Positions 1 to 8,696 are shown, counted from the first letter of the stretch. The stretch: DNA of 32,000 bases from Synechococcus sp. A15-24 (GCF_014280195.1 NZ_CP047960.1:2250001-2282000); one strand, 5' to 3'. Notes: generated from the letters alone by a model not told the origin. Numbers and translations are program-made.

Positions 1-155
1 CGCTGGGCCAGGAGATCCGGCAGGGAGGCCAAGCAGTCGGGAACGACACCGCCACTACGGCCATGCACCACCAGATGCAACCCTTGACGCCCCCGATCGG
101 AAGCGTCATTCCGTAGCAATGGCCACGGATCAAAAAAAGAGCTATCTGATGTCAT
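1..155 (-). CDS. 5' end of a GC-rich host gene running off the left edge; hypothetical (the HG-containing N-terminus is faintly CbiX/SirB-chelatase-like, not established)
   Basis: Hand translation of the minus strand from ATG at 155-153 gives MTSDSSFFDPWPLLRNDASDRGRQGLHLVVHGRSGGVVPDCLASLPDLLAQ... From GLHLVV onward about 3/4 of third codon positions are G/C, like the core genes at 15-32 kb. The start is uncertain: TTG at 80-78 is an alternative, and ATG at 155 leaves only 9 nt to the ORF at 165. Confidence 0.35.
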   Translation of the reverse strand, partial: MTSDSSFFDPWPLLRNDASDRGRQGLHLVVHGRSGGVVPDCLASLPDLLAQ

Positions 156-164
156 CGAGAAGTA

Positions 165-413
165 ATGACCTGGGGTAAGTACATGGCACCTCGCCAACAA
201 AACGAACGTGCATCATTGGAAAGTCGTTTCTACCGGGCACAGACACGTCGGCGCTTTGACCTAAGCTCTACATTAATTGAATTTAAGAGTCCAAGTATGC
301 GCAAAAGGGCAAAGCCGTACGACAAGAGTTACAGACGGCAATACGAGCGGAATCGTAATTCCATCAACAGAACAACTTTTGAGTACGAACTAGAAAAGGA
401 CGTAGCCGCTTAG
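165..413 (+). CDS. hypothetical small, very basic protein (82 aa, R/K-rich); may not be a real gene
   Basis: The ORF is in the supplied track. GC is intermediate (42-52% on lines 181-301). A hairpin plus T-run follows at 434-469. I recognise no family motif. Confidence 0.25.
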   Translation: MTWGKYMAPRQQNERASLESRFYRAQTRRRFDLSSTLIEFKSPSMRKRAKPYDKSYRRQYERNRNSINRTTFEYELEKDVAA

Positions 414-433
414 AAGCCGGTTTGGCAAATGAT

Positions 434-469
434 CTGTTCGGGAGCTGCCCGCATGCTGAACAGAGTTTT
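434..469 (+). terminator. possible intrinsic terminator (imperfect hairpin plus T-run)
   Basis: CTGTTC (434-439) pairs with GAACAG (458-463), with inner AGC/GCT pairing (443-445/455-457). It is followed by AGTTTT (464-469). Confidence 0.3.
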
Positions 470-715
470 ACATCAGATTTAAATCTATAAAATGAATAGC
501 ATAGATCGCACAGGAAAAAGAATATAAAATCAACAGGGAAGCTGGGAGTCTAAAAAACCAACATTGTGCTAATATATTTCTTAAGTAGCTCGAGAAATCG
601 AAGGTTACTTCACTATCGCACGCTTTCATTATTACGTAGCGACAAAGGTCCCCGGGCCGATTAAACTGATCTACTACATTTTTTGATCGATCAGTCCGCC
701 CTATTTTCATGAATC

Positions 716-2257
716 ATGACCATCAAAAACCAAATCAACCCCTACTTCGCAGAAAAAAAATTGAATAAGATTGAAAAAAGTAAGTTGGAAAAAGATGGGC
801 TTTTAGTAGGAAGCGAAATCGAAAAGTTTGCAAAAATTGGGTGGGAAAATATGGATGAAACCGATTTAAAACTCCGTCTGAAATGGTATGGAATGTTCTG
901 GCGTCCGAAAACACCCGGAAAATTCATGCTAAGACTTAGAATACCAAATGGTGTATTGACATCCAATCAAATACGAGTTGTAGCTTCAATAGTTGAACGT
1001 TATGGAGAAAATGGAAGCTGCGACATCACCACAAGGCAAAACCTGCAACTTAGAGGAATACTATTATGCGATCTTCCCGAGATCCTTAGAAGACTGCGTG
1101 AAGCCGGACTAAGTAGCGTCCAGTCGGGCTTTGATAATCCACGAAACGTAACCGGCAATCCACTCGCAGGAATAGATCCGAACGAAATCGTCGATACGAG
1201 ACCTTACACAACTAAATTGCAGAACTTTCTCACAAATAATTGTGAGGGAAATTCGGAATATTCCAACCTACCGAGAAAATGGAACACAGCAGTCGCAGGG
1301 TCTAAAGACAATTTCCTTCTTCACAACGACATAGTGTTTCATCCCGTTGAGAATAACGGCGTGATGGGTTTTAGCATCTGGATTGGAGGGATTTTATCTC
1401 CACAGATGAACGCATATGCATTTCCCATGAATGTATGGGTATTACCTGACGAGATCTGCAACATTTTGGATACTGTGATTCGTCTCTGGAGAGACAATGG
1501 AGAAAGAGAAAAGAGAACCAAAGGACGTTTCCGCATGTATCTCGATGAGATAGGGCACGAAGAATTCCGCAGCCAAGTGGAAAAACTGTACGGAACACTC
1601 ACTCCCGATCCAGGCTCAATATTCGAAAACTCTCCACGCTCTCACTTCGGCATTAATCAGCAGAAACAAGCCGGACTTTATTTTGCTGGCATACACGTGC
1701 CGGTCGGTCGCCTCACGGCAGAGGATCTACAAGATATCGCAACAGCGAGTCTCAAATATGGAAATGGAGAAATTAGACTCACAGAAGACCAAAATATAAT
1801 TATCACAGGTCTTACGAGTGAAAAAGTTGAAGAATTAAAGACTGATACATTAATGCAGCGTTTCCCCCTAGCACCTAGCAATATTTCAGCAGGAACAGTG
1901 TCCTGCACGGGAAATACGTACTGTAGTTTTGCGCTTACCAACACTAAAGACCAAGCCTTAAAAGCAGCAAAGGAACTTGACGAGGAGTTGAACCTACCTG
2001 AAGAGATAAAAGTTCACTGGACTGGCTGTCCAAATACATGTGGACAGGCTTATATGGGAGCAATAGGTTTAACAGGTACAAAGGCTAAAAATGCTGAAGG
2101 AGTAATGGGTGAAGGCTACACAATGACTATTGGTGGTTCACAGGGTCGCAACCCAACTATTGGTCAAATCTATCGCAAAGCTATACCTGCGGCTGAAATC
2201 AAAACAGCCCTCAAGGAAGTACTTATTTCAAAATTTGGAGCTACAGAAAAGAAATAA
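716..2257 (+). CDS. nirA: ferredoxin-nitrite reductase
   Basis: 513 aa. It shows nitrite/sulfite reductase hallmarks: LKWYGMFWRPKTPGKFMLRLRIPNG and TTRQNLQLRGI. It also has the siroheme/[4Fe-4S] cysteine cluster SCTGNTYCSFA ... WTGCPNTCGQ. Confidence 0.95.
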   Translation: MTIKNQINPYFAEKKLNKIEKSKLEKDGLLVGSEIEKFAKIGWENMDETDLKLRLKWYGMFWRPKTPGKFMLRLRIPNGVLTSNQIRVVASIVERYGENGSCDITTRQNLQLRGILLCDLPEILRRLREAGLSSVQSGFDNPRNVTGNPLAGIDPNEIVDTRPYTTKLQNFLTNNCEGNSEYSNLPRKWNTAVAGSKDNFLLHNDIVFHPVENNGVMGFSIWIGGILSPQMNAYAFPMNVWVLPDEICNILDTVIRLWRDNGEREKRTKGRFRMYLDEIGHEEFRSQVEKLYGTLTPDPGSIFENSPRSHFGINQQKQAGLYFAGIHVPVGRLTAEDLQDIATASLKYGNGEIRLTEDQNIIITGLTSEKVEELKTDTLMQRFPLAPSNISAGTVSCTGNTYCSFALTNTKDQALKAAKELDEELNLPEEIKVHWTGCPNTCGQAYMGAIGLTGTKAKNAEGVMGEGYTMTIGGSQGRNPTIGQIYRKAIPAAEIKTALKEVLISKFGATEKK

Positions 2258-2371
2258 TCATTTTATAAGAAATAAAACAAGTTATGAAGCAAAGTTGATC
2301 AACAGAGAAGAGTAAAGATAATATTGCACAATTAAAAGAATTGCAATAATTAGAGTATAGAAAAAAAGATC

Positions 2372-3298
2372 ATGCTAGGGTTAAAAGGTATAACAAAGAA
2401 AGTATCGAACTTAAATCAGATGGAGAATCTATATCACATTAGAGAAAGATTCTCAATTATTCACGATAATAAGATAATAGGAATACAAATGAAATGGGAA
2501 GGTAAAAGAGAAAAACCTCCAATGCTAATGCTTCCGGCCTTAAGTACAATTTCAAGAAGCGATGAATGGCAACATTTTAAAGCAATAGTGACAGATAAAT
2601 ACCAATTAATAACAATCGATTGGCCTGGATTCGGCGAAAGTGATAAAATAGATATACACTACAGTGGAACAGTATTACAAAAAACACTAAAAAAGGCTAT
2701 CAAAGTAATACAGAGTAAAAATAACAGAAAGCTAACTATAATTGCAGCTGGTCATAGTGCCTCAGTTGTACTTACACTAAAAGACAAATACATCAATACA
2801 ATAAAACAAGTTGTGCTAATTGCACCAACATGGAGAGGTCCACTTCCAAGTATGACAGGATGGTCACCTAAGAGGCTAAATATCATAAATGAAATAGTAA
2901 GGCTTCCTATCATTGGTCCAATACTATACTTCATAAATACAACAAAAGTAATTATAAGATTAATGATGAAAAGGCATGTATGGTTAAATAAGAATGACCT
3001 TGATAATGATAAAATACGAAAACTTCAAGTATTATCTCGACAGAAGGGAGCACGATACGCAAGCGCAGCATTCGTAACAGGGAGATTAGATATAGATAAT
3101 AATAACAAGTGGTGGATATCAAATACAAATATGGTTAAAGAAATGTCTACTCTTGTTATACCGAAGGATTCACCAAAAAGATCATTATCAGAGATGGAAG
3201 CACTCTCAGAGAGCATTAAAGATATTTTATACATTAGAGGTAGGCTAGGATGCCACGAAGAATTCGGAGAAGAAATCGCAAAGAGATTATTCCACTAA
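2372..3298 (+). CDS. alpha/beta-hydrolase fold protein, function unknown
   Basis: 308 aa. It has the oxyanion-region-like motif ITIDWPGFGESD and a nucleophile-elbow-like IIAAGHSASVV. This is the most AT-rich gene sampled. Its 3' end overlaps the convergent znuB by 12 nt. Confidence 0.65.
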   Translation: MLGLKGITKKVSNLNQMENLYHIRERFSIIHDNKIIGIQMKWEGKREKPPMLMLPALSTISRSDEWQHFKAIVTDKYQLITIDWPGFGESDKIDIHYSGTVLQKTLKKAIKVIQSKNNRKLTIIAAGHSASVVLTLKDKYINTIKQVVLIAPTWRGPLPSMTGWSPKRLNIINEIVRLPIIGPILYFINTTKVIIRLMMKRHVWLNKNDLDNDKIRKLQVLSRQKGARYASAAFVTGRLDIDNNNKWWISNTNMVKEMSTLVIPKDSPKRSLSEMEALSESIKDILYIRGRLGCHEEFGEEIAKRLFH

Positions 3299-4117
3299 AT
3301 TGTAAGCACAAGAAAATACCAAGGAAAAAAGGAAGGCAAAGAATTGAAAGATTACAATTGAAGGACCTGAAGGTAGATTAAAGAAACCTGATAAGATAAG
3401 CCCAAACAGAGCACACATACCACCCAGTACCATAGAAAAAACAATATAAGAACTAAACTTACGCGAAATTAGTCTAACAGCGCATGCAGGTATTACAACG
3501 AAGGCACTTATAAGCAATGCACCAACAGACTTAATTGAAACAGATACAACAATAGCCAATAAAATTATGAAAGCAAGTTTATGGAATCTTGTGTTAATAC
3601 CAATAGAGCCAGCCAAATCCTCATTAAGAGTTAAAAGAACATGAGAACGAAGACTAAAGACAAGGTAGATAAAAGAAACAATAAAAAGGATCAATGTAAT
3701 ATATATATCTGATGCTGTAATACCAAGAATATCTCCAAAAAGCAACTGCTTAATGCTACCACTATAAGAGTTGATTTTACTTAAGGCAAGAACAGCTGCT
3801 GCTAGAGAGCTAGAATATACGATATTCAATAGTGCGTCGGTAGGCAAAGAACTGCGCTCAACTAGATTATTTACAAGAAATGCAAAGATAATGGCAAAAG
3901 GAATAAGAACAAAAGTAGGATTCACATTTAAAAGGATACCTAGAGTTATACCGAGCAAGGCAGAATGCCCTAATGCATCACTAAAAAAAGCAAGTTGTCG
4001 GAGTACAGCAAAAGAACCTATAAGCCCTCCTAAAGAACCAGTTAAAAAGCCACCAATTAATGCGCGGTGAATAAATGGCTCATCAAATAACTCAAAAAAA
4101 GTTGATAAATCACCCAC
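3287..4117 (-). CDS. znuB: ABC-3 family metal (Zn/Mn) transporter permease
   Basis: 276 aa, polytopic and hydrophobic throughout, ZnuB/MntB/TroCD-like. The GTG start overlaps the znuC stop by 8 nt (GTGGGTGA). Confidence 0.85.
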   Translation of the reverse strand: MGDLSTFFELFDEPFIHRALIGGFLTGSLGGLIGSFAVLRQLAFFSDALGHSALLGITLGILLNVNPTFVLIPFAIIFAFLVNNLVERSSLPTDALLNIVYSSSLAAAVLALSKINSYSGSIKQLLFGDILGITASDIYITLILFIVSFIYLVFSLRSHVLLTLNEDLAGSIGINTRFHKLAFIILLAIVVSVSIKSVGALLISAFVVIPACAVRLISRKFSSYIVFSMVLGGMCALFGLILSGFFNLPSGPSIVIFQFFAFLFSLVFSCAYNLVE

Positions 4118-4877
4118 GACATTGATGCTGATAAGAAACTATATTGGGCCCATAGAGAACACTTAATCTTTCGGAAGTCAATGCAAGATTAGGTATACCT
4201 CGGCAGCACAAACGTCTATTTAAACCAAGTACTTGATCGCTACTACGGAGAACCATATCAATATCGTGAGATATATGGAGGACAGTCCAACCTTCCTGCC
4301 GACGCAATTCAAATAACATTTTTTGAAAACGTTGAGTTGAAGGTATATCTAGACCAGCCTGTACTTCGTCCAAAACAAGAAGATCCCTCGGACGTACGAT
4401 ACAAAATGCAAGCATAACGCGCTTCAGTTCACCGCCAGAAAGTTCACTAAGAAGACGTCGTCTTAAATTAAAAGTATCGGTTCTTTCCAAAGATCGATGA
4501 ACTAAAATCTTAGTACGGGAGTCCCGCATGCGGAGAAAGGACGAACTATTACTAAGTCCAAGTTGCACGAACTCAAATACGGAGAGGGGAAACTGACCCT
4601 GAAAAGAAAAATTCTGTGGAATATAAGAAATTCGCTCACGTATGGATTTCGGTAGATACCCAGCTTTATTCATTTTGGTGCCCATAATATTGATGTCACC
4701 TGAGACGCGCGGAATAAGACCCAACAAGGAGGCAACTAAGGAACTTTTACCAGCACCATTAGGGCCAACTAAAGCTGTATCACTTTCAGCTAATAATTCA
4801 AAAGAAACATCATCTACAACAACATTGGCACCCCTTCTTACAGTAAGATTCTTAACAGAAGCAATTGGATATGACAT
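4110..4877 (-). CDS. znuC: metal (Zn/Mn) ABC transporter ATP-binding protein
   Basis: Walker A GPNGAGKSS, ABC signature LSGGELKR, Walker B LLVLDE. It starts 3 nt downstream of znuA. Confidence 0.9.
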   Translation of the reverse strand: MSYPIASVKNLTVRRGANVVVDDVSFELLAESDTALVGPNGAGKSSLVASLLGLIPRVSGDINIMGTKMNKAGYLPKSIRERISYIPQNFSFQGQFPLSVFEFVQLGLSNSSSFLRMRDSRTKILVHRSLERTDTFNLRRRLLSELSGGELKRVMLAFCIVRPRDLLVLDEVQAGLDIPSTQRFQKMLFELRRQEGWTVLHISHDIDMVLRSSDQVLGLNRRLCCRGIPNLALTSERLSVLYGPNIVSYQHQCRG

Positions 4878-4880
4878 AGT

Positions 4881-5792
4881 TTAACCACCAAGAGAGAGAA
4901 GAAGATTGGACAGGTTATCCCGCATAAGGTCAAAATAGAGAGACTCGTCATACACAAAATCCTGTGAAATAGTTTCAATAGGATTGAATAGTGCTATTTC
5001 AATATTAAGATCACGTGCCAACGAATTGAAAGAATTGCTTCCATCTTGAGGCTCAGTTAAAAGAGCCTTTAAATCGGAATCTCGAACAAGATTCGAAACT
5101 CGCTGTAAATCAGCAGGGCTTGGATTGATATCTGGCAGATCAACTAAGTATTCAGCTTTTAATTGATATCGTTCAGCAAAATATGGTGCAAAGTCATGAT
5201 AAGCGATAAATGATTTGCCCTGATAAGGCTCCAACTTGGATAAAATTTCAGCATGCAATGCGAGCAAGTTATCCACATAAGCTAAGGCATTTGAAGTATA
5301 GACCTCACTACAAGCAGGGTTTAAATCCACAAGAGCATCTTTAATAGTCTCTACCTGGCTAATAGCACGTATAGGATCTAGCCATATATGAGGATTAGGA
5401 TCAGAATAAGAATTCGCGTTAGAGATATCAGTAGAAATAGTCTTGATGCCAACACTAGTGTCAACAACGGATAATGTTGTACTCGCTGCTGAAGAGATTA
5501 GCCTGTCTAAAAAAGTCTCCATTCCCAAGCCATTAATAAAAAATACATCAGCCTTGCCAATAGATAGGATGTCCTTAGGGGTTGATTGAAAATCGTGTGG
5601 TCCAATATTTGTGGGGATTAAAGCTTTGACATCTCCGCATTCACCGGCTACTGCCCTTGCAAATAGTGTTATCGGAAGGAATGAGGTCATAATGGAAATC
5701 TTTTTAGACCCCTCAGGAGGCGTTGTGAGGGAGCCGCAAGAAACCAAAAAAATGGATGCTAGCGAGCCACTAATCCACTTACTCAAGCGCAT
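4881..5792 (-). CDS. znuA: cluster-9 (TroA/ZnuA family) metal-binding lipoprotein
   Basis: Lipoprotein signal ...SIFLVSC|GS. Metal-ligand contexts GPHDFQ, NPHIWLDP and AYHDFAPYF are present. There is no His-rich loop, so Zn versus Mn cannot be decided from this protein alone. The neighbouring COG0523 gene favours Zn. Confidence 0.8.
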   Translation of the reverse strand: MRLSKWISGSLASIFLVSCGSLTTPPEGSKKISIMTSFLPITLFARAVAGECGDVKALIPTNIGPHDFQSTPKDILSIGKADVFFINGLGMETFLDRLISSAASTTLSVVDTSVGIKTISTDISNANSYSDPNPHIWLDPIRAISQVETIKDALVDLNPACSEVYTSNALAYVDNLLALHAEILSKLEPYQGKSFIAYHDFAPYFAERYQLKAEYLVDLPDINPSPADLQRVSNLVRDSDLKALLTEPQDGSNSFNSLARDLNIEIALFNPIETISQDFVYDESLYFDLMRDNLSNLLLSLGG

Positions 5793-5822
5793 CTAGTAGG
5801 AGAAGCGAAGTCAAATACGATA

Positions 5823-5892
5823 CGAAAAAACAAAGATCTTTCTGAATCACCGAAAAAACAAGGCGATATAAGCTGCCCGGGATTAGTATAAT
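5823..5892. promoter_or_regulatory. divergent znuA / COG0523 control region: perfect TATAAT, an 11-nt direct repeat and a 10-bp palindrome
   Basis: TATAAT lies at 5887-5892, 20 nt before ATG 5913. CGAAAAAACAA occurs at 5823-5833 and 5851-5861. The palindrome AAAGATCTTT lies at 5832-5841. I could not recognise a canonical Fur/Zur box. Confidence 0.3.
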
Positions 5893-5912
5893 TGTTGAAC
5901 ATCCATCTCGTA

Positions 5913-7295
5913 ATGAAAGAAAAGCGAAAGGTTCCTGTCACCATACTTACTGGCTACCTTGGGGCAGGGAAAACCACACTTTTAAACAAGATCTTGAGAG
6001 AAGAGCACGGCAAAAAAATTGCAGTCATAGAAAACGAATACGGCGAGGTTGGAATTGATCAAGGACTCGTCATTAACGCAGACGAAGAGGTCTTTGAAAT
6101 GTCTAATGGTTGCATTTGTTGCACGGTAAGAGGTGATCTGATAAGAGTCCTAGGCAATCTAATGAAACGTAGGGACAAATTTGATTACGTTTTAGTTGAA
6201 ACGACCGGCCTCGCTGACCCAGGGCCGGTAGCACAAACTTTTTTTATGGATGATGAAGTTAGAGATGAATTCACTCTTGATGGAATAGTGACGTTAGTAG
6301 ATTCTGCACACATTAATCAACAATTGGAACATAGCACTGAAAGTGCAGAGCAGGTCGCCTTCGCGGACGTACTCATACTCAATAAAACTGACTTAGTTTC
6401 CAAAAACGAAGTCAATGTACTTGAATCACGCCTTCGAGATATGAACAAAATGGCCCGTATACTGCGTGCAAAAGAAGCCGGGGTCGATGTTGAAGATGTC
6501 TTGAATCTTGGTGCATTTGATCTCCAGCAAACATTAGATAGACGTCCGACATTTCTCGAACCTGAATATCCGTTTGAGTGGACCGGAGTATATGAACTTA
6601 AGAAAGGAAACTACAGGCTTTATTTTGATGATGGACCTGATCCAACAATGCTAATAACAGCAATAAAATGTGATAGTTCAAATGGAAAAGATCTTGACGA
6701 ATACGCCGAAGATTGTGTAAGAATATTCTCAAAAGAACCTAAAAAACTTTTACCAGGTGAAGCAATAAGCTTTAACGAGGTTATTGAATTACAATTACAA
6801 GATGCTGGTCAAAAGCTCTTTGAATTATATATAGACAATAAATCAACTATAGGTCTCTTCACTCAACATACGGCAGAAGAATTTAATATAAGACTGGATG
6901 AAAATAAAGATGATCAGCCCAGAGATAAGGAATTTAGCAATATAACTAAGGGGATCGATACAAAGACCGAAAGAATATGGGTAGCAGAACACGAGCATGA
7001 CGATGAAGTTGGATCTATTGCCCTAGAAAGCCTTGGCAACATTAATCCAGATAAATTAAACGATTGGATTTCTAAACTTCTCCGAGAAAAAGGAGTAGAT
7101 ATATTTAGAACCAAAGGGTTTATCAGCTACGCTGAAGAATCTAGAAAAATTGTATTTCAAGGGGTCCATATGTTATTTACTGCAGAACCTGGAAGCGAGT
7201 GGGGAAACGAGCCCAGGAAGAATCAACTTGTATTCATAGGCCGAAATTTAGACGAGGATGCATTAAGGACTGAGTTTCAAAAATGTCTAGCATGA
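5913..7295 (+). CDS. COG0523 (CobW/G3E family) GTPase, putative zinc metallochaperone, with an unusually long inter-domain insert
   Basis: G1 GYLGAGKTT, metal motif GCICC, VETTG and NKTD are present. The HEHDDEV linker is followed by a CobW_C-like end (FRTKGF...VFQGV...LVFIG). I place the start at ATG 5913, because the track's TTG 5892 lies inside the TATAAT box. Confidence 0.9.
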   Translation: MKEKRKVPVTILTGYLGAGKTTLLNKILREEHGKKIAVIENEYGEVGIDQGLVINADEEVFEMSNGCICCTVRGDLIRVLGNLMKRRDKFDYVLVETTGLADPGPVAQTFFMDDEVRDEFTLDGIVTLVDSAHINQQLEHSTESAEQVAFADVLILNKTDLVSKNEVNVLESRLRDMNKMARILRAKEAGVDVEDVLNLGAFDLQQTLDRRPTFLEPEYPFEWTGVYELKKGNYRLYFDDGPDPTMLITAIKCDSSNGKDLDEYAEDCVRIFSKEPKKLLPGEAISFNEVIELQLQDAGQKLFELYIDNKSTIGLFTQHTAEEFNIRLDENKDDQPRDKEFSNITKGIDTKTERIWVAEHEHDDEVGSIALESLGNINPDKLNDWISKLLREKGVDIFRTKGFISYAEESRKIVFQGVHMLFTAEPGSEWGNEPRKNQLVFIGRNLDEDALRTEFQKCLA

Positions 7296-8350
7296 AAAGA
7301 TCTAACAGCATTTTTCAAGGTGGATGGTACAGTGAAATTAATGAATACGTAATAGCTTGTGACTGGGCACTCGAAAATAAGAATATTATTGCTGCAGATA
7401 TAACAGGCAATATTTACTCTTTTGATGCAAAAACAGGGAAGTTACTATACATGCAAAAAGACACTCACAACAAATCACTCTTAGATCTAGCAGTAAATCC
7501 CAATGGAAGCATATATGCAACTTGTGGCCAAAACGGCAAGGTTGATATTAATGCGGCTTCAGATGGAAGCTTACTAAGTTCAAGCTCATTAGGCAATGAT
7601 TGGATTGATAATATACAATGGACAAATAACGGAAAATTATTAGCCGGTAGCATTGGAAAGTTCGTACATGTGATTGATTCGTCAGGAAATCAATTATGGA
7701 GTTCCGATGAACTGACAAGTACTGTGTCAGCAATTTATTGGTCAAATAATAGCGAATTAGCGATAGCAAGCTACGGCCAAGTGATTATTTATGATGTGAA
7801 AACCAATAAAGTTTGTCAAAGATTTGAGTGGAAGGGATCTCTTATATCATTGGCATTGAGCCCAAACGGGGAGATTGTAGCTTGTGGAAGTCAAGACAAT
7901 TCAGTACATTTTTGGCGACGAACTAATGGTAAAGATGCAGAAATGACTGGTTATCCTGGCAAACCTAAAGATATTGTGTTTGATATTACGGGAAAATATT
8001 TAGCTACAGGGGGAAGCCCCCAAGTTACAGTATGGAACTTTAAAAATAAGGGTCCTGAGGGAACAATTCCGGGGCAACTTATACTTCATAATGAGCCGAT
8101 AAGTTGCCTAAGCTTTGCCAACAGTAGCTCATTATTAGCATCTGGTGCAAAAGATGGGTCAATTGCAATTTGGAAATTAGATAAAAATGGAGATGGTGAG
8201 CCCATTGACAAGATATCCATCAACTCGACGCCGACACGACTAAGATGGAAAAAAGATGATAATGCCTTTTTAGCTGCTAGCGACTCGGGGAAATTATTCT
8301 GCTGGGATATACCGTCTAAAAATGGAGAAGGATTCGGATTCAAAAAGTAA
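7283..8350 (+). CDS. WD40 beta-propeller repeat protein
   Basis: 355 aa of roughly 40-aa repeats, for example GSQDNSVHFW, TGGSPQVTVW, SGAKDGSIAIW and ASDSGKLFCW. The ATG overlaps the COG0523 stop by 13 nt. Confidence 0.85.
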   Translation: MSSMKRSNSIFQGGWYSEINEYVIACDWALENKNIIAADITGNIYSFDAKTGKLLYMQKDTHNKSLLDLAVNPNGSIYATCGQNGKVDINAASDGSLLSSSSLGNDWIDNIQWTNNGKLLAGSIGKFVHVIDSSGNQLWSSDELTSTVSAIYWSNNSELAIASYGQVIIYDVKTNKVCQRFEWKGSLISLALSPNGEIVACGSQDNSVHFWRRTNGKDAEMTGYPGKPKDIVFDITGKYLATGGSPQVTVWNFKNKGPEGTIPGQLILHNEPISCLSFANSSSLLASGAKDGSIAIWKLDKNGDGEPIDKISINSTPTRLRWKKDDNAFLAASDSGKLFCWDIPSKNGEGFGFKK

Positions 8351-8469
8351 ATATATAACCGTTTGATATAATCCTTGAGGATCAGAGGAGAGTTGATTAA
8401 GAAATTAAAAACTAATTCAAATGCGACTGGCCGGACTGTACAATGGTGTAAATCAATACAATACAAGTT

Positions 8470-8616
8470 ATGTATCAAACTCAATGGCTAGCTTCCGTCA
8501 CTGACTCACTGCGGAAGCGTTATCTAAAGTCTCAAAAAGAAAATGACAAAAAAGCAACTACAGAATTGTTTAAGGAAGCGGTTTATTTAGGCATTAACAT
8601 ACGCAATTTTGATTAA
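8470..8616 (+). CDS. possible 48-aa small ORF (below the track cut-off)
   Basis: Hand translation: MYQTQWLASVTDSLRKRYLKSQKENDKKATTELFKEAVYLGINIRNFD*. It is stop-free in AT-rich DNA. It contains a 7-bp hairpin (8491-8497/8512-8518). I recognise no family. Confidence 0.2.
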   Translation: MYQTQWLASVTDSLRKRYLKSQKENDKKATTELFKEAVYLGINIRNFD

Positions 8617-8696
8617 GATTTTTAATGGGCCGATAATAGAGTCCTTTATAATAACATGAATGTTTATAATATAGAAAGAACCCGAGCCCATTGCTA

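Noticed and set aside
218-240. GGAAAGTC...CCGGGCACAGA, reminiscent of the RNase P RNA conserved region GGAAAGUCCGGGC...ACAGAA.
   Set aside because: The match is interrupted by an 8-nt insertion, and none of the other conserved RNase P regions or helices is present nearby.
434-463. The hairpin arms CTGTTC...CTGAACAG recur at 22394-22426. I considered a shared regulatory palindrome or a repeat family. The 12-mer GATCTGTTCGGG also recurs at 27895.
   Set aside because: These are short matches: roughly 30 identical 12-mer pairs are expected by chance in 32 kb. Loop lengths and contexts differ, and one copy lies inside a coding region.
165-470. Possible tmRNA (ssrA), a classic island integration site. 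The ORF here ends ...DVAA followed by a stop, resembling a tmRNA tag ending, and the segment has intermediate GC.
   Set aside because: I found no tRNA-like T-arm (GTTCRAnTC), no acceptor stem ending in CCA, and no GGGG 5' strand with a matching partner. The putative tag bears no resemblance to the conserved cyanobacterial ANNIV...PVAA tag as I remember it.
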